From the NCBI GenBank assembly GCA_013115125.1, contig JABANN010000192.1, positions 1 through 54,877 on the forward strand: a stretch of DNA of 54,877 nucleotides. The letters run 5' to 3'. The notes beneath the pieces were generated by a model. That model was not told the origin of the DNA. It was given only the letters and a program-made list of their open reading frames with translations, and made no database searches. Positions 11,016-23,881 of this stretch are shown piece by piece; positions within the stretch are counted from its first letter, which is position 1, and every line of letters starts with the position of its first letter. Source of the DNA: Perkinsus olseni (Eukaryota). Made by a program: the position numbers and the translations under genes.

Positions 11016-14000
11016 TCATAGTTCAACCTCGTCGTCGTCATCATCGTCGATGTCGGTCTCATCGAGGGTTGGCGGTCCGAACTGATCGTCATCATCCCAG
11101 TCGGGCGACAGGGGAGTTTTCTTGGAGTACCTCCCCGATGTGACCATGACCGACAACCGAGCTGATGCGTCGTCTCACCTCTCCGCTATCCTCTCCTCGA
11201 GGATCTTTAAGTTTGACTCGACATTAGGCGGAACTTGTGAAGGGTCCGATGCTTCCTCACGGTACTTATTCAGGAGTTTTAGTAACTTCTTGTCGTGGTA
11301 AAGGTCGTCGATGTACCTGACGATGGTCTCTCTGTCCTTCCCGGGGAGTGCCCCCCCCCTTCACACTGTTTCGTCCGCTCGTCCCAATTCTCCCATTGCT
11401 CATTGGCCACGTAGCGCCAGTAGTCATCCGCCTCTAAGCGATCCAAGTGGGGCACCTCGGGCAGCTTGAACGGGAAGGAGGCCAATGCCTGCATCCAGTA
11501 CCTTCGAATGGCGGTCTAGAGGGAAGGGCGAAGAGCCTTCCCTCACAGTATTGACTGAACCTGCGGCTTCAGGTCGTCTGTCTCGGACGGTCGCATCGGG
11601 TACTGCTTGAACGGTGGGCTTTTATCGGCCGCGGGGAAGAAGTACAAACCAGGAGTGCTTGGAGGGAAGGCTGCTCCCAGAAGGCTGTGCTCTGAGGAGG
11701 GGCTTTGTATGCCTAACAGGAGCGGGCTTACCCATGGTGAACTTCGAAACGTCGACCTTCGAAGTATCCAGAGCCACCACTTTGAGCGTCTCTGTGAGAC
11801 CAAGCTCAACTACGCGGACCCAAGCTCGATTAACGTAGAGGGCAAACCTGAAGGAAGCATGGCCACAACACGTCAGCCTTTGCTAGTACTCCTTCTGAAG
11901 ATCAGCCTCCTTGTTGCTGTCATAAGCATAGATCAGAACGTCCGTGGATTCATCAAGTACCTGCGTTGTCTGCACGTCACGGGCTTTGCCTGTGGCCTAC
12001 GTATTCTTCAATTTGCTCTTCAGCGTGCCCTCTGCTAATATGAGGGACGTACTCGAGGCGGTCGAATGTGGACGTAGCTCGACTCACTGTAGGGACTTGT
12101 CGATACTCTCCTTCCCTTCGTTTTGGTACCTTCACTGAACTCGCCGCGTGTGCAGTGAACAACGACCGACACTCACGCTTTTGCGAGACTTAGGCGGACG
12201 GGCATCCCGAGAGTAGGTCGGCTCTTCTGTGGAGGTAGATCGATCTCTACCTAGAGCTCGTCGCACCTGCAGAGCTACTAGCTGACCTGGGCTCACAGGA
12301 GCCGGGGGCGACAAACGAGACGCCCACCAGGTCAACAACGACCGATTTTGAGAACTTCCTGCGTTCCGAATGAGTGCCGCTCCTGGGTTGCCATGTCGCT
12401 TCGAGCCCCTCAACGATGGTGTTGACTGCAAGCGCCGGTAGTCCTAAGATTTAGATCAAGTAGGGCTATCCATCGGTATTGAATACCATCGGCTGTGTGG
12501 TCTAGTGGTATGATTCTCGCTTAGGGTGCGAGAGGTCCCGAGTTCAATTCTCGGCACAGCCCTTTTCGAAAAGTCAATTGGCCCTGGCCGCGTGCCTTTC
12601 TTAGCATCCAGTCGTAACGACGCCATCTGAGTTGCATGCTGCTCGGCATCCATGAAAGTGAATATCACCGGGTCATGTCGGAACCTGGCAACCACGAGTG
12701 CGGGTATTGGGCAGGACAGCCACATTGAGGCGGGACCAACTCTCCCGGAAGAGGAAGGAGGTTTTGTAAGAAAGCAAATCCCCACAGCCTACATCTTCTC
12801 AGCCTGGGAAAAAACTGTGAGGTGAATATCTCGTCTTGCGGCATCGGACGTATTTGTGAACAAAACAATCATCGGCCACTCAGCGACCGGTAACCCGCTG
12901 TCCGTTAGAGCCTCGTAAAACTCAGAGGAAGACGAATCGAAACTGAAGAAGGACAGCGGCGCCTTTCAAGTACGGCAGCCCACAGGCGGTACCTCCCAAC
13001 ATGAGGAATCACTGAGGTCATCAACCATTGTGATAGCGAGCCGGTATCGGATGAAGAGAGCATCGTACAAGACCGTCGTAGAGGGATGAAGTCGGACACC
13101 ACAGAGTCACCCCCGTCCGAGATTCTGACATGTGGTGATGCCTTCATGTATACAACGACCTCTCGACCAGAACCAAGTCTATCGGTTTAGTAGTGGAGTC
13201 CCACCCCGGCAACGCCCGGTGATCGGTGGCTGCTATCCTCAGGCCAGTAGACGCTATCCTTCGGACGGGTACCTCTCCCAAAGAGGCTTCAGTACCATTG
13301 GCGCGGTGGCGGGCCGGCGAGAGGTACTCGCCGTGGAAGAGCGAGTATCTACGTGATGTGACTCCGGCTGCGGGAGACGTAGTGGCCCGCTACACGACAA
13401 GAGCTGGCCCGCCCTGGTCAGGAGGGCAATTGGATGCAGCCCGTATACGCTTCGAGAGCGCCGAGTTGCGCACCAGAGCAAGCTGTGACCTGAAGGCACC
13501 GTTCTCGATATTGAAGGGAAGATGTTGTACCTACGATAAAGGCTTCCGCGTTAGTCGGGAGCGGTACAAGGCCTCGCGTAGGTCCTCCACCTCATCCTCG
13601 TACTCATCAAGCTCACTTCCCGCCATTGCGAGGATGACTCGGATCCAATGAGGGTATCTGACACAGGACAAGTTGGGCCAACTCCAGAGACTGTTGCACT
13701 GTCGAACTTCTATGGTTCGGACCATGAACTTGGCGGGAGTCAGATTCGAGTGCGGTGGTGGAATACATCATGCTAGCGAATCCAGCCTACGTCGGCCACC
13801 GAAGGGAAGCACTCTCAGGAACTCTTACTCGGGGCGGAATAGGGCGACGTCAGAAAGAAAGCGTTTGAGGGCACTCCGGGTGTCTATCTCGCGGCTCAAC
13901 GGAAAACGTATCTGCAGCGACTTGCTCTCTACCGGCGGAAGACAGCTGCCGTTGACCTCACGCTGTTAACAAACTCCGTAATGACCGTTCCGTTGACGTC

Positions 14001-14605
14001 TAGAGTGTCGCTGAGCACGTGGAGGCGTGAGGAGGTCTCTTGATACGCTATGGCGGGGATGTGGGCGACCTGGCCGAAACCAAGTGGGGACCCTCTCTGC
14101 TACTGCCGTACCTTCAGGCGTTCCACCAGGGCCTTGCCCTTGGCCGTGTCAACATCAACTCGGACGAATGGTATCTGATATACACGTAAGGGGGGCCTTC
14201 ACTAGGTAGGCTAGCCACCCCCAGGCCTGTCGAGTTGAATCTGCTCAGAAGCAGCTCGACATCACAACAGTACCTGAGAGACGAGAAGTGACCACCGGAA
14301 GCTGACGACGGTGTCTACTCCGGGCTGCTGCACTTCGCGTAGGAGGAGCTACCGACGGCCAGCAGCACACCAGTGCTTCTGTGTTGCTTTCGGAAGGCGG
14401 TGTAGTTTGACTTGTCCACCCAGACCCCACCCGCAGAGAGACCGGGGACCTGCGCGGAACCGTTAGCGTCGGACGCTTCGGCCCTACTGACCTCACAATT
14501 AACTCTTATCTTTGCCCGAGTAGTGGCGTCCTTGCCGTGGAACCATGGCGCTGCACGACAGACTTGCTGGGAGAGTGCGAGAGAGATTAAACCCAACCAT
14601 ACCAT
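11016..14605 (-). CDS. Multi-thioredoxin-domain PDI-like ER protein, no CGHC motif seen
   Basis: Signal peptide MVWLGLISLALSQQVCRA; b'-like segments SQWLMTSVIPHVGSFDSSSSEFYEAL and VIFTFMDAEQHATQMASLRLDAKKGLPALAVN; a'-like VLDESTDVLIYAY; acidic tail ending DDDDDEVEL* (KDEL-like). Many short introns; model hand-assembled. Confidence 0.6.
12491..12562 (+). tRNA. tRNA-Pro(AGG)
   Basis: Acceptor GGCTGTG/CACAGCC, D arm GGTCTAGTGGTATGATT, anticodon arm CTCGC TTAGGGT GCGAG, T arm CCGAG TTCAATT CTCGG, followed by TTTT terminator. Confidence 0.97.
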
Positions 14606-14784
14606 CTGATCGCCCGTCCGCGTCCATTGACAGAAACAACAAGAAGATGGAAGATGACCGGAAGTTCATACTTCATTAAACGCGCTGAGGATGAAAAAAT
14701 CTTGCGGCTGCGCAATCTTACAGGATACTTAGAACGGCAGAATTATTAATACATCAAAAACAGCAAGCATTGAGGAGTCGACCG

Positions 14785-15318
14785 CTACAGCGTGGGAGTT
14801 CTGGCCGCGGCTGCCATGCCGTCTCGGATTCGAGCGTGGACCTGTACGACCGTTCGGAGGAGGTCGGCCAGTTCAGTCCGGGCCTGTAGAAGATCTTCTC
14901 GCTCATGCTGTGGCATGTCGCTACTGAGGAAGGCCAGACAGGCTCTCTCTAGTTGGACACCTGATCAAGCACTAGTGAACACGACGGAGGGCATCCCCAG
15001 GCGAAACTTACGGTCCCGCAGGAGCCGTTCGAGTCGTCTCTCTTGCTCTTCGAAAGCTCTACCCAACTCCTCCTGTGCATCATGGCTCGATTCGCCCATC
15101 TCCGGCTCGGTGCTGGCGTCGCTGACGAACTCCCCGACGGAAGCCACCGAGAGAGGGGACTCATCTGACCAGTACCCAGTGGAATTAGAGAACCTCCACA
15201 GCAGCGTCTCACCCCCTGCGGCATCGGCAACTTGATCCTCCAACCGGGCGCCCTCCGGAGACCTAGGAAGCTCTTCAGAAGGGGTACTGGTCCGACGAGG
15301 TGGAGTAGGTTCGCTCAT
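14785..15318 (-). CDS. Hypothetical protein with short coiled coil
   Basis: MSEPTPPRR...AFEEQERRLERLLRDRK, intron, then RACLAFLSSD...ARTPTL*; start uncertain. Confidence 0.45.
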
Positions 15319-15398
15319 TACACAGTCATTAACACCAACAGTATGCAAGCTGACAACGACACTAGCGACCGGAGCAACGCAACTCGCAATGATTCTGT

Positions 15399-15883
15399 TC
15401 ATCTCCCATCACCAGTACTAACAGCAGCAGCGCCCTCCTTGGCATCCTGCTGCTGCTGTTGCTCCTTTTTCGGCTGTGTCCGCTCTCCGCAGAAGAACGG
15501 TGAGGATTCATCTCTTATGCTGATGCCCCAGTCTCTCTCCAGGGCATACTCCAGGCTGGACAACTGACCACCAACAACACGACTAACAACGACAGGCACG
15601 GCCACGGCAGCAGCCCTACCGAAATCGCCTCCTCCTTGCGCCGCTTCGCCACCGAGGCCGCATCGGACAGGATCTTGTCCAGTATGTCGTTACCCATTCT
15701 CTTCAACAACTCAATCTGCCGATGAACTCGCTGAGGCGACGCTAAGCAGGCATGAGGGCGTACCGCCGTATCATCCATCTCGTCTCCCCCCGGCACCAAG
15801 GCCTTCAGCTGCTCCGTGGTGAGGACGTCCGGCAGGGGTGTGGCCTGCGAGACCCCTCCGAGGGTCGGGTTGGTAGCGGACAT
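15399..15883 (-). CDS. TAF12: TFIID subunit 12-like histone-fold protein
   Basis: Spliced VLTTEQLKALVPGGDEMDDTA|IELLKRMGNDILDKILSDAASVAKRRKEEAIS|LSSLEYALERDWGISI matches the TAF12 pattern (L..LV...LD.DVE..LL..ADDF...A..LA.HR...LER.W.I.I). Confidence 0.65.
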
Positions 15884-15959
15884 CCCTCAAACCCTGAGAG
15901 CCTCCCTAGCCACTCTGCTGATGAACCCAACAGACATCGGTAGGTCGACACCATGGGCA

Positions 15960-17307
15960 TCATAAATTGGCACACCGGAGACCTCGCTGAAGGGAGTCAG
16001 CCGACTGATTAACACCGGCGATGATATCATCGTCAGCTTCGGTCCTCGCCCTCGTCTCCAACTGAAGGCCTGCCACAGAGGCCTGCTCAGTCCAGTACGG
16101 TGGACTACTACTACCGTTCTTGATAGCGGCCAGCTCCTCTAGCAGGAAGCCTCGGAACTGCTCCTCTTCCGTCACACGACAGTCGGGGCCACCTGTGGAC
16201 AGAGTCCACCCAGCAGTCCTCCGAAGGGCAGCGAACCATTACCAGCTGGACTACTAATTTCCCGTCCACCACGCTACGCACTAAAACCACTAAACCTCAC
16301 GCCAGTACCAGGATTGCCAGCCTTTTTCAGCGCTTCCACTTCCCTGTCCAGACCCGCCGTCTGTTGGTCGAATGCCGTGCACTCGTTAGCGACCCTGCGC
16401 TCCAGACCAGTGCCAATCTCCTCTAGTCTCTCCAATAACTACCACTACCATCATCATCCACGCCACGACGTCGCAGCTCACCCTCCGGTCCCTCTCCGCC
16501 CACAGCTGTCGTTCACTGCTCATCCTCTCTCCGAGCTCTCTGATCTCCTTCTGAAGGGCCGATGCATCCACCAGCAGCTTCGATGGAAGCTCTCCTCGGA
16601 ACTGCAGCATGCCCCTCTCAAGCGTGGTCGTGCCTAACCCACCCGTGCCTCACAGGCCCCCAGCGAGGGTCTCACGGAGGGCCAGATTCTCGACTAACTT
16701 GGTGACCTGCTCCAGCTTCCCTATGACGCTGTTCTGTAGTTTCTCAAGCATATCATTGGCCATCTGCTCCGTCACACGTGTGAGGGTATTGGTAGATTCT
16801 GTACGCCTCCGCACCTGTACAACGCCAACCACCGGCCGCTCCCTCCCCCCTGCCGACCTCGTCAGACAACGCCTTGTCCAACCGCGAAACAGTCTCTGCA
16901 AGATCGGTTATTCGGTGCTCCTCCGAGGTCCTGACAGAATGACCATAAACCAGCGCCCATCGAGAACTCAGAAGATTCAGTAGGAGTACCTCCGCCTGGC
17001 GGCCTCCTCCCCAATGACCTTATCAAATCCAATAAATCTCTCCCCCACCGACAGCAGCTGACTCCGCAGCCTCTCAGACGTCGCCTCGGCGCTCCTCGGA
17101 GGCGTGGAGGGGTTGCTGGTCTTCAAGCCGAGACCTCTGCCCAATCCCAACACCCTCAGACTCACCAGTGGCCGCAGTGGTGAGCTACTAGATGAATCGT
17201 CACCGACACTTGGAGCGCCTACGGACACCAGGCGTGCGTTCGAAAGCAGCTCCGCTCAGGACTGCGGTCGTACCGCTGTTCTCTCGCGAAGATATCGTGC
17301 CTGTCAT
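15960..17307 (-). CDS. Striated fibre assemblin (SF-assemblin/beta-giardin family)
   Basis: Low-complexity head then coiled coil ERFIGFDKVIGEEAARRR..EEHRITDLAETVSRLDKALSDEVRRRTE...; C-terminus ETRARTEADDDIIAGVNQSADSLQRGLR. Confidence 0.8.
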
Positions 17308-17385
17308 CTTGCCGACAATCACCCTGCCCACTACAAGACTCCTCACTAACTCAACAACCCCTTCAATAGAAACTGAGAACACTTC

Positions 17386-19915
17386 TTAACGTTTTTCAGC
17401 AGAGCTCTTCCCCGCTGCCCCTCGGGCTTCCCGCAGCAGCAGTTTAGTCGGCCCCGGGGTAAGCCTGTCCTCTGCCTTCAAAGACCTCATCAGGTTCCCG
17501 GTAACCTCTCTATCAACAGCCTTGTCGTCCGTAACGTCAACATGGCTGCCCTCTGGTCCCATGCTCATCCGCAGCTCTTCGTCCAACTCCCGCATATACC
17601 TATTACGACGAATAAGGAAATCCTCTAGTGACCCGGGAAGCTTCTTCATCATGAACGCGGATCGACCAAAGATACCAGTATGACCTCTTCATCTCCTCAT
17701 CAGAGAGCTGCTCATCATCCTCAGCATCCGAGTCCGGCAGATCATCGATGTCCTCATCATCAGCATCCGAGTCTCCACCTCCAGTCCCGGGATCTGACCC
17801 CATGCCGCTCCCGCTTCCCTTCCCCAGGGCATCCTACTTTCTATTCCCAGTATTCCCGAGGCCTTGCCCATGAGATCGTTAAGCCTTGTGGAGACGTCCT
17901 GCAGCTCTCGTTGCTCCTCCTCAGTCAGCCCATCTGTGATGAAGAGCTCCCCTCACCCACTGGGCCGATGGCCCTCACCTTCACCCTTGGCCGCCTCCTC
18001 AATGGCTTCCGTCAGCCAGGCATCACTGTCGCTCGGACCATCGTACTTAGCAAACCTCTCCAGAGGGACATCCTGGGCTCAGCGATACTCTTTCCCCTGA
18101 CAACCACTCATCACTACCTCGCCAGCACACTCCTTGATTCGATCCAGGAGACCCTTGCCCTGTTCGAAGTGCGTAGTATCTCTATTATTCGCCTTCACCG
18201 CACAGTGGGCGGCCAAGGACACCAGCCGGCCCAGCATCACTGATGAACCATCCACATCCGTGCAACAGATTTTATGATACCAACCCACCGGTATTCTCCT
18301 CTCCACGGCTCCGCATCTGGTGTCCTCCATAGGCCAGTCTGCTGGGCATCCTCAAACGACCCTTGATACCCATCAGCGACGCGTAATGGAGCTTCGTCAT
18401 CGACACTTGGATGGTCACCAAGTCACCTAGGCTTTGAATGGAATCCTCAAAGATGAAGGCGTTGATCACCCTTAGATACACTTTCCGTGACGACGCTGCT
18501 TCCTCGCTCAGCCAAACGATCAGGCGGCAGATAACTGACAGAAGCACCCCATGTCGCGCGCCACGAAATTCGGCAACCTACTCGAGTAGAAGGGATATGA
18601 TTTGAGGTTGTCGTATAAGTTGCTCAGCCAGTACTGCCGGTAACTAGCAGGCGACAGGCCTCCACGACCGGCTCAGCCACCCCCTTGATGACTCACCAGC
18701 AGCCTAACATGCATGATGTCGATGTTCCACGGCGCCGACTTGACCTTGTTAATAATGCACCGCTGCACACTCGGTGCGGCGATGGATTCACAGTCTTCGT
18801 CGAAGACCTACCATAAAGTCAGCAAACTCAGGGAAGGTACGACACTGCAGAGCAAAGAATCTGACCCATAGGTAGGATAAATCCTGACAATATTACCACT
18901 TTGCCGACGAAGGCTTATCAATACCTTCATCTACTGATACCGTAAACAACAAGTTATCGGGCAATAGTGAACACCGTACTAAAATATAAAGAAAACCCAT
19001 TTCACGAACAATGTACTACTCAGATGTCTTCTTAATAGCTCGGTGAACCCACCCGCGGACTTCGAAGCGCGAGAGGGAGACCCCGTAGTACCATGCCAAG
19101 AGCATTATCCATTCCAAGCGGTTTGATATCAGGCGGGTGCTCCGAGGGCTTCTTTGGGCAAATGTGCAGCATCCCTTCGTGTATCTAAAGGCGTATCTTT
19201 GCCGGGGGTCGACCTTCTCGCCCAAGATTCCACCCTACCCAAACCCTATTCCCTGCGTTCTCCGGACTGAGCCACTTAGGCAAGGCAGCCGCCGCCTCGA
19301 TCAGCAGCGGGTCACCATCGACATCGCTCACTTGGCACGCTACTTCAGAGTACTTCCTGGTCAGTGAAATCTAACAGGAAGCCGTCTGCCACGACACGCG
19401 AGGGCCTTTAGTATCACCAGCAGGCTCAACAGCAGCCACTCGTCATGCAAAGCGTCACCGTAGCGGAGGTGGATGCCGTAGGTCAAGTAAGGGGATCCCT
19501 GCATCCACGCTGACGGAGCCGCTGGCGATGGCGAGGCCTCACCTCGAAGGAATCCACTTCTACTCGCGGAGGGTCCCTTTGCCAAATGTAGCCTCTCGGG
19601 GTGTGCTCTTGGAGGTGCTCTTCCAATAACCGATACCATCTCTCGGAGTCTTCTGCAGACTTCACATAAAGCCTGAATACAGCAAGGAAAGGGCTGGGAG
19701 TAAATCGAACCAACGACCTTTGGATGGCTATGCATGGATCCATCCTGCTGACTCATACGAGTGACGCAACCCTATTACTTTACATCGACGTAGTCATCCA
19801 GATTGTTCCCGCCTCCACTCCTCAAAGCCTCCTGCAGCAAGTCGCTAGGCTGAGAGTCCGGCGTGAAGGCTGACGTGGGGATTGACGGGGAGTGATGCTC
19901 CGCGGTCCTCGCCAT
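17386..19915 (-). CDS. ECD: Ecdysoneless (ECD/hSGT1 family) protein
   Basis: YIWQRDP, RYGDALHDEWLLLSLL, DVDGDPLLIEAA.LPKWLSPENAGNR, SDSDAWL, YMRELDEEL, VTGNLMRSLKAE...PGPTKLLL. Confidence 0.8.
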
Positions 19916-20107
19916 TGCACGACCGAAACGAAGATCGCCTGCGGTCCACGAGCACACCCTCACCCAGGACACTGAAGACTAAACCAACGCAAGACGAGGC
20001 CTCAGTCGAGAGGATACTTAACCAGTAGTAATACGGATAGTCAGTGACCGAATCGGCAGCAGCAGCAGCAGTAGAGTCCAACGACCGTCAATAGGATACT
20101 CAACCAT

Positions 20108-20740
20108 TCATACGAAAAATGCTCTTATTTTACGCCCGTTCATCTCGCCACCGTCGTAATTATCAATGGCTGTTTGGGCATCCCGGGAATCTGAGCGAAA
20201 GCATACACTTCCACGACCACAGCCGAAGTCCTCATCTACCCTTGAATGTGATGATGGCCTGGTTGCCGCCCCTCCTGCTCTCTTCTACGTTACAGAACTC
20301 CACCGGCCCAACAGTACCGAATGACTGCTTGATGTCTCTCCAGGTGAGATCGTCCGGTATGTTGGTAATTTTAATGGTGCAACTGCCTGAGCTCTCCCTG
20401 GAGTAACCCTTCCCGCTACCCTTGCCACTGTAGGTCCTTCTCGTGTTGAAGGCCGCACCCTTGCCCGGTCGAACTCCCATAGCGCGGGCGAATCTCTCAG
20501 CAGACTCAGCGCTCTCCGGAGGAGGCTTGGCCACTTCATAAGGCTGTGACCTGTAGTTGCCTCCACGACCACTGCCCTTTCCCTTACCGCCACTACGTCG
20601 CTGACGACCACCAGTGGAAGGTGTACGTGGGTGACTCGTCGACCTGAGAACTTCCAGGTAGACCTCGAGTAGGGTAGCTGCTGCTGGTATTACTTGACGA
20701 TGTCATCGAGCGACATTGATAGCTTGTCAACCGTGGACAT
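20108..20740 (-). CDS. ALY/REF (THOC4/Yra1)-like RRM mRNA export adaptor
   Basis: N-terminal MSTVDKLSMSLDDIV motif, G/R/K-rich linker, RRM IKITNIPDDLTWRDIKQSFGTVGPV...AIITFK...AIDNYDGGEMNGRKI. Confidence 0.7.
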
Positions 20741-21636
20741 TGTGAGAAAGAAGGATTCCTCCAGGCGATAACCAACTGATCAGTCCCGATTGTACTCAGC
20801 CAACCAACTAGAAACACTCCGGGTTTCAATAGATCTCTACTGGGTTTTTTAAAGGCCTCCACGGATCGTTTCTCACAGGGTCAATTCAGTCCTGGGAGCC
20901 TTCCTGAATTTCAAGGGAGCCGGTCTATTCAACGCCCTCAAGTCGATAGAGTCTTTGCCATCGCGAGCATAACCTCAGTGGCAGGACAAGAATGCTCCAC
21001 ACGACACAAGAATTCACGGAGGCTTCGTCAATAGTTGCCTTCGACCTACTATGCTTCGCAGCGTCGCTACAAGTTTCAACGTAAAGGTTGGCAGTATTCA
21101 CTCGTAGCGGCCGTGCGAGCGAAATTAGTTGGGCGGTAGTTGCTTTTTTCCGCGCGGTGTGGTATAGCTCAGCACGCATGCGCACGGGCTGGCGGGAGGT
21201 TTTTCGAAACTCACGGGGGCACCTTTCCTATCAATCGTGCGTTACCGTCTCTTGAAGGTCTCGGACGATCGTCTGATGGGTTCACTCGCGTAGACTCACC
21301 AGAGATTGATTACTGGTGGCCCGTGCCGGCGCTGATTTCACGAACAGTCGATGAATCCAAAATTTTCTGCACGAGTGTTGCGACGACCAATGACAACACA
21401 GCTCGTCGTGCAGCGGAAGTATATTCGCGAGAGAGTATCTTAGCTCCACGCACGCTAATGATTTTGTCACAACATGCTTGTGCTAGGCTGCGGAGATACC
21501 CTATCGCGAGTTTGGGGGGCTACCAGGTTGTTATCAGTCTATGGTGGCAGCGGCGAGATCATTCCATAGGAAGTTGCAATGGTCGCTCACCGTTCGTGTG
21601 TAGTTTTTCTCGTGTTTTATTGTTAAAAGAACAAGT

Positions 21637-22863
21637 ATGCCTTCGGCACAGTTCCCTCGCAAGTACGATCGTGTCTATAACTTCAGTGCTGGTCCTTGCT
21701 GCTTCCCTGACGAGGTGAGTCTGCTGGGGTTCTTGAGTGTAGTAGGATGATAACTTTGTTGGCTAGGTCCTCGAGCAAGCCCGAGACGAGATGCTCAACT
21801 GGCACGGGTGTGGTATGTCCGTGATGGAGATGAGCCATCGTGGAAAGGAGTACACTTCTATTATCGAGGCGGCCGAAGCCGACCTCCGTGAGATCTTGAA
21901 CATCCCCGACAACTTCAAGGTCATCTTCTACCAAGGCGGCGCCACTTTGCAGTTCGCTGGTATCCCCTTCAACATGATGGGTGAGGGAAAGAAGGCTGAT
22001 TACATTGTAAGTTCACCGTGTCCAGTAAATTCCCTATTCGACTGGTCGCTTCTTAGGTGACCGGCCAATGGAGTGAGAAGGCCGCTAAGGAAGCTGCCAA
22101 GTACGGCGATGTGAATATCGTTGCCAACACCAAGCCCGAGAAGTTCACTCGTGTCCCTCGTATGTCCGAGTATAAGGATAAGCTCAGTTCCGATGCGAGT
22201 TACGTGTATTATTGCATGAACGAGACCGTTAACGGTGTGGAGTTCGACTATGTCCCCGATGTTGGTGACAAGCCGCTCGTCTGCGATATGAGCAGCAACT
22301 TCATGTCGAGGCCCATCGATTTCTCTAAGTACGCTGTTGTTTACGCCGGTGCTCAGAAGAATCTCGGCCCTGCTGGTGTCACGGTTGTTATTGTTGATGA
22401 GAAGTACTTGGGTAATGAGATGCCCATGACCCCTGCCTACTTAAACTGGGCCACTATGGCTAAGGCTGGTTCCATGTATAACACTCCTGCGTGCTATGCT
22501 ATTTACATGACTGGTTTGTATCTCAAGTACACCAAGGCCCACGGTGGACTCAAGCATTGGGATGATCTCGCTGAGAAGAAGTCTGGTCTACTTTACAAGG
22601 CCATCGAGGATAGTAACGGTTTCTACAACGCTCCTGTTGAGAAGAACGTTCGCTCTCGTATGAACGTCCCCTTCGTAATCAAGGATAATGATGATGACCT
22701 GAAGAAGAAGTTCCTCGCTGAGGCTAAGGAGGTCGGCCTTGTCACTCTGTCTGGTCACAGGAGTGTTGGAGGTCTCCGAGCCAGTCTCTACAACGGTATG
22801 CCCTTGGAGGGTGTACAGCATCTCGTCGACTTCATGCAGAAGTTCTATAACGAAAACCAGTAA
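21637..22863 (+). CDS. serC: Phosphoserine aminotransferase, copy 1 (2 introns)
   Basis: [68 protein letters not shown]. Confidence 0.97.
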
Positions 22864-22910
22864 AACTTACCAACTGTTTTCGTCCGTCGCGGTCTCCTTT
22901 ATCATTCAAC

Positions 22911-23665
22911 ACTACTGAATGCTAGGCTCGGTGAGCCGTGTGCTCACCAGCCGACTATATAAATTCGCAAAGTAGTTTTTTTTATGATACAGAGAGCGTT
23001 CGGAAACTTCCAGCGTGGATGCTGGTATCGTATTATTATTTGAAGAGGCGATTATCAGAGTTATTGAATCGGCCCGGAAGGGAATGGCCGGTTAGGTGGT
23101 CGTTTCTTCGCTTACCAAGCTACGTGTGTGGCTTATGTTTCCTGTTAAGCAACTCAATTCATTTCTGTTGTGTTCGTAGTGGGCCGAGGGGTTAGTGACA
23201 ATGAACTTTGCTCTGTTCTCCGGAGACGGATGGCACGGTCGGCTTGATGGTATTCTGCGTTGCATTGGGTAGCAGGCGAGATAGAGTGCCTGTTGTGCGG
23301 AATACTATCCAGCGATCAGTTTGTAGAGGCTGTTTTCACGGAAGAACGCTTGAGATGGGTTTGGCCTACGATGGCCTGCTATGCGCCCGAAATTAGATGT
23401 GGTTGCCCGACTGTAGTTGACGTGATGTTGCGTAACTAAAGCAGACTTGGATAAGTTTGCTATTTCTCTTCATTCCGAGCCTCGCAACTCAGTCGGCCTC
23501 GGATAATGATTGACTACGTACTCTTTGGGTAACCACCGAGTGCTGCCGTGGACTTTTCGTATTATCGCTAGGAGTTATGAGCGTGTCGGAGTTGAGTTGG
23601 GAGCCCTCACTACCCGGACCTCAAGAAGCATATACACTCTCGTATCCGTAACATCACGGAGTACG
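22911..23665 (+). ncRNA. Large structured RNA element of unknown class (ncRNA or structured UTR)
   Basis: About ten helices with many G-U pairs on the + strand plus long-range crossing helices; see findings. Confidence 0.5.
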
Positions 23666-23881
23666 TGGCACGTATCATGTTCAATTAAAATCATCACGCA
23701 TCTTTACGCTAGAGGATGTCGCGACCAGGAAGACATCGATTGTGACTGTAGCGAACGCTGTGGGAGCTAGTCAGGAGTTCCACTCGTTCCTCTTGGTCTC
23801 TCGTATCCGGTTAACAATCAGCGACACGACCGGCTTCCATATGGTCATTCAGATTCTTTTTATTCATTTCTCGTAGTAAGA

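Noticed and set aside
22933-22955. GAGCCGTGTGC resembling the start of group II intron domain V
   Set aside because: No GAAA loop or ACGGTTC return strand; it forms a different local hairpin.
23110-23620. Telomerase RNA interpretation of the pseudoknotted element
   Set aside because: No CCCTAAA/CCCTAA-type template on the structured strand; cannot be fully excluded without knowing the telomere repeat.
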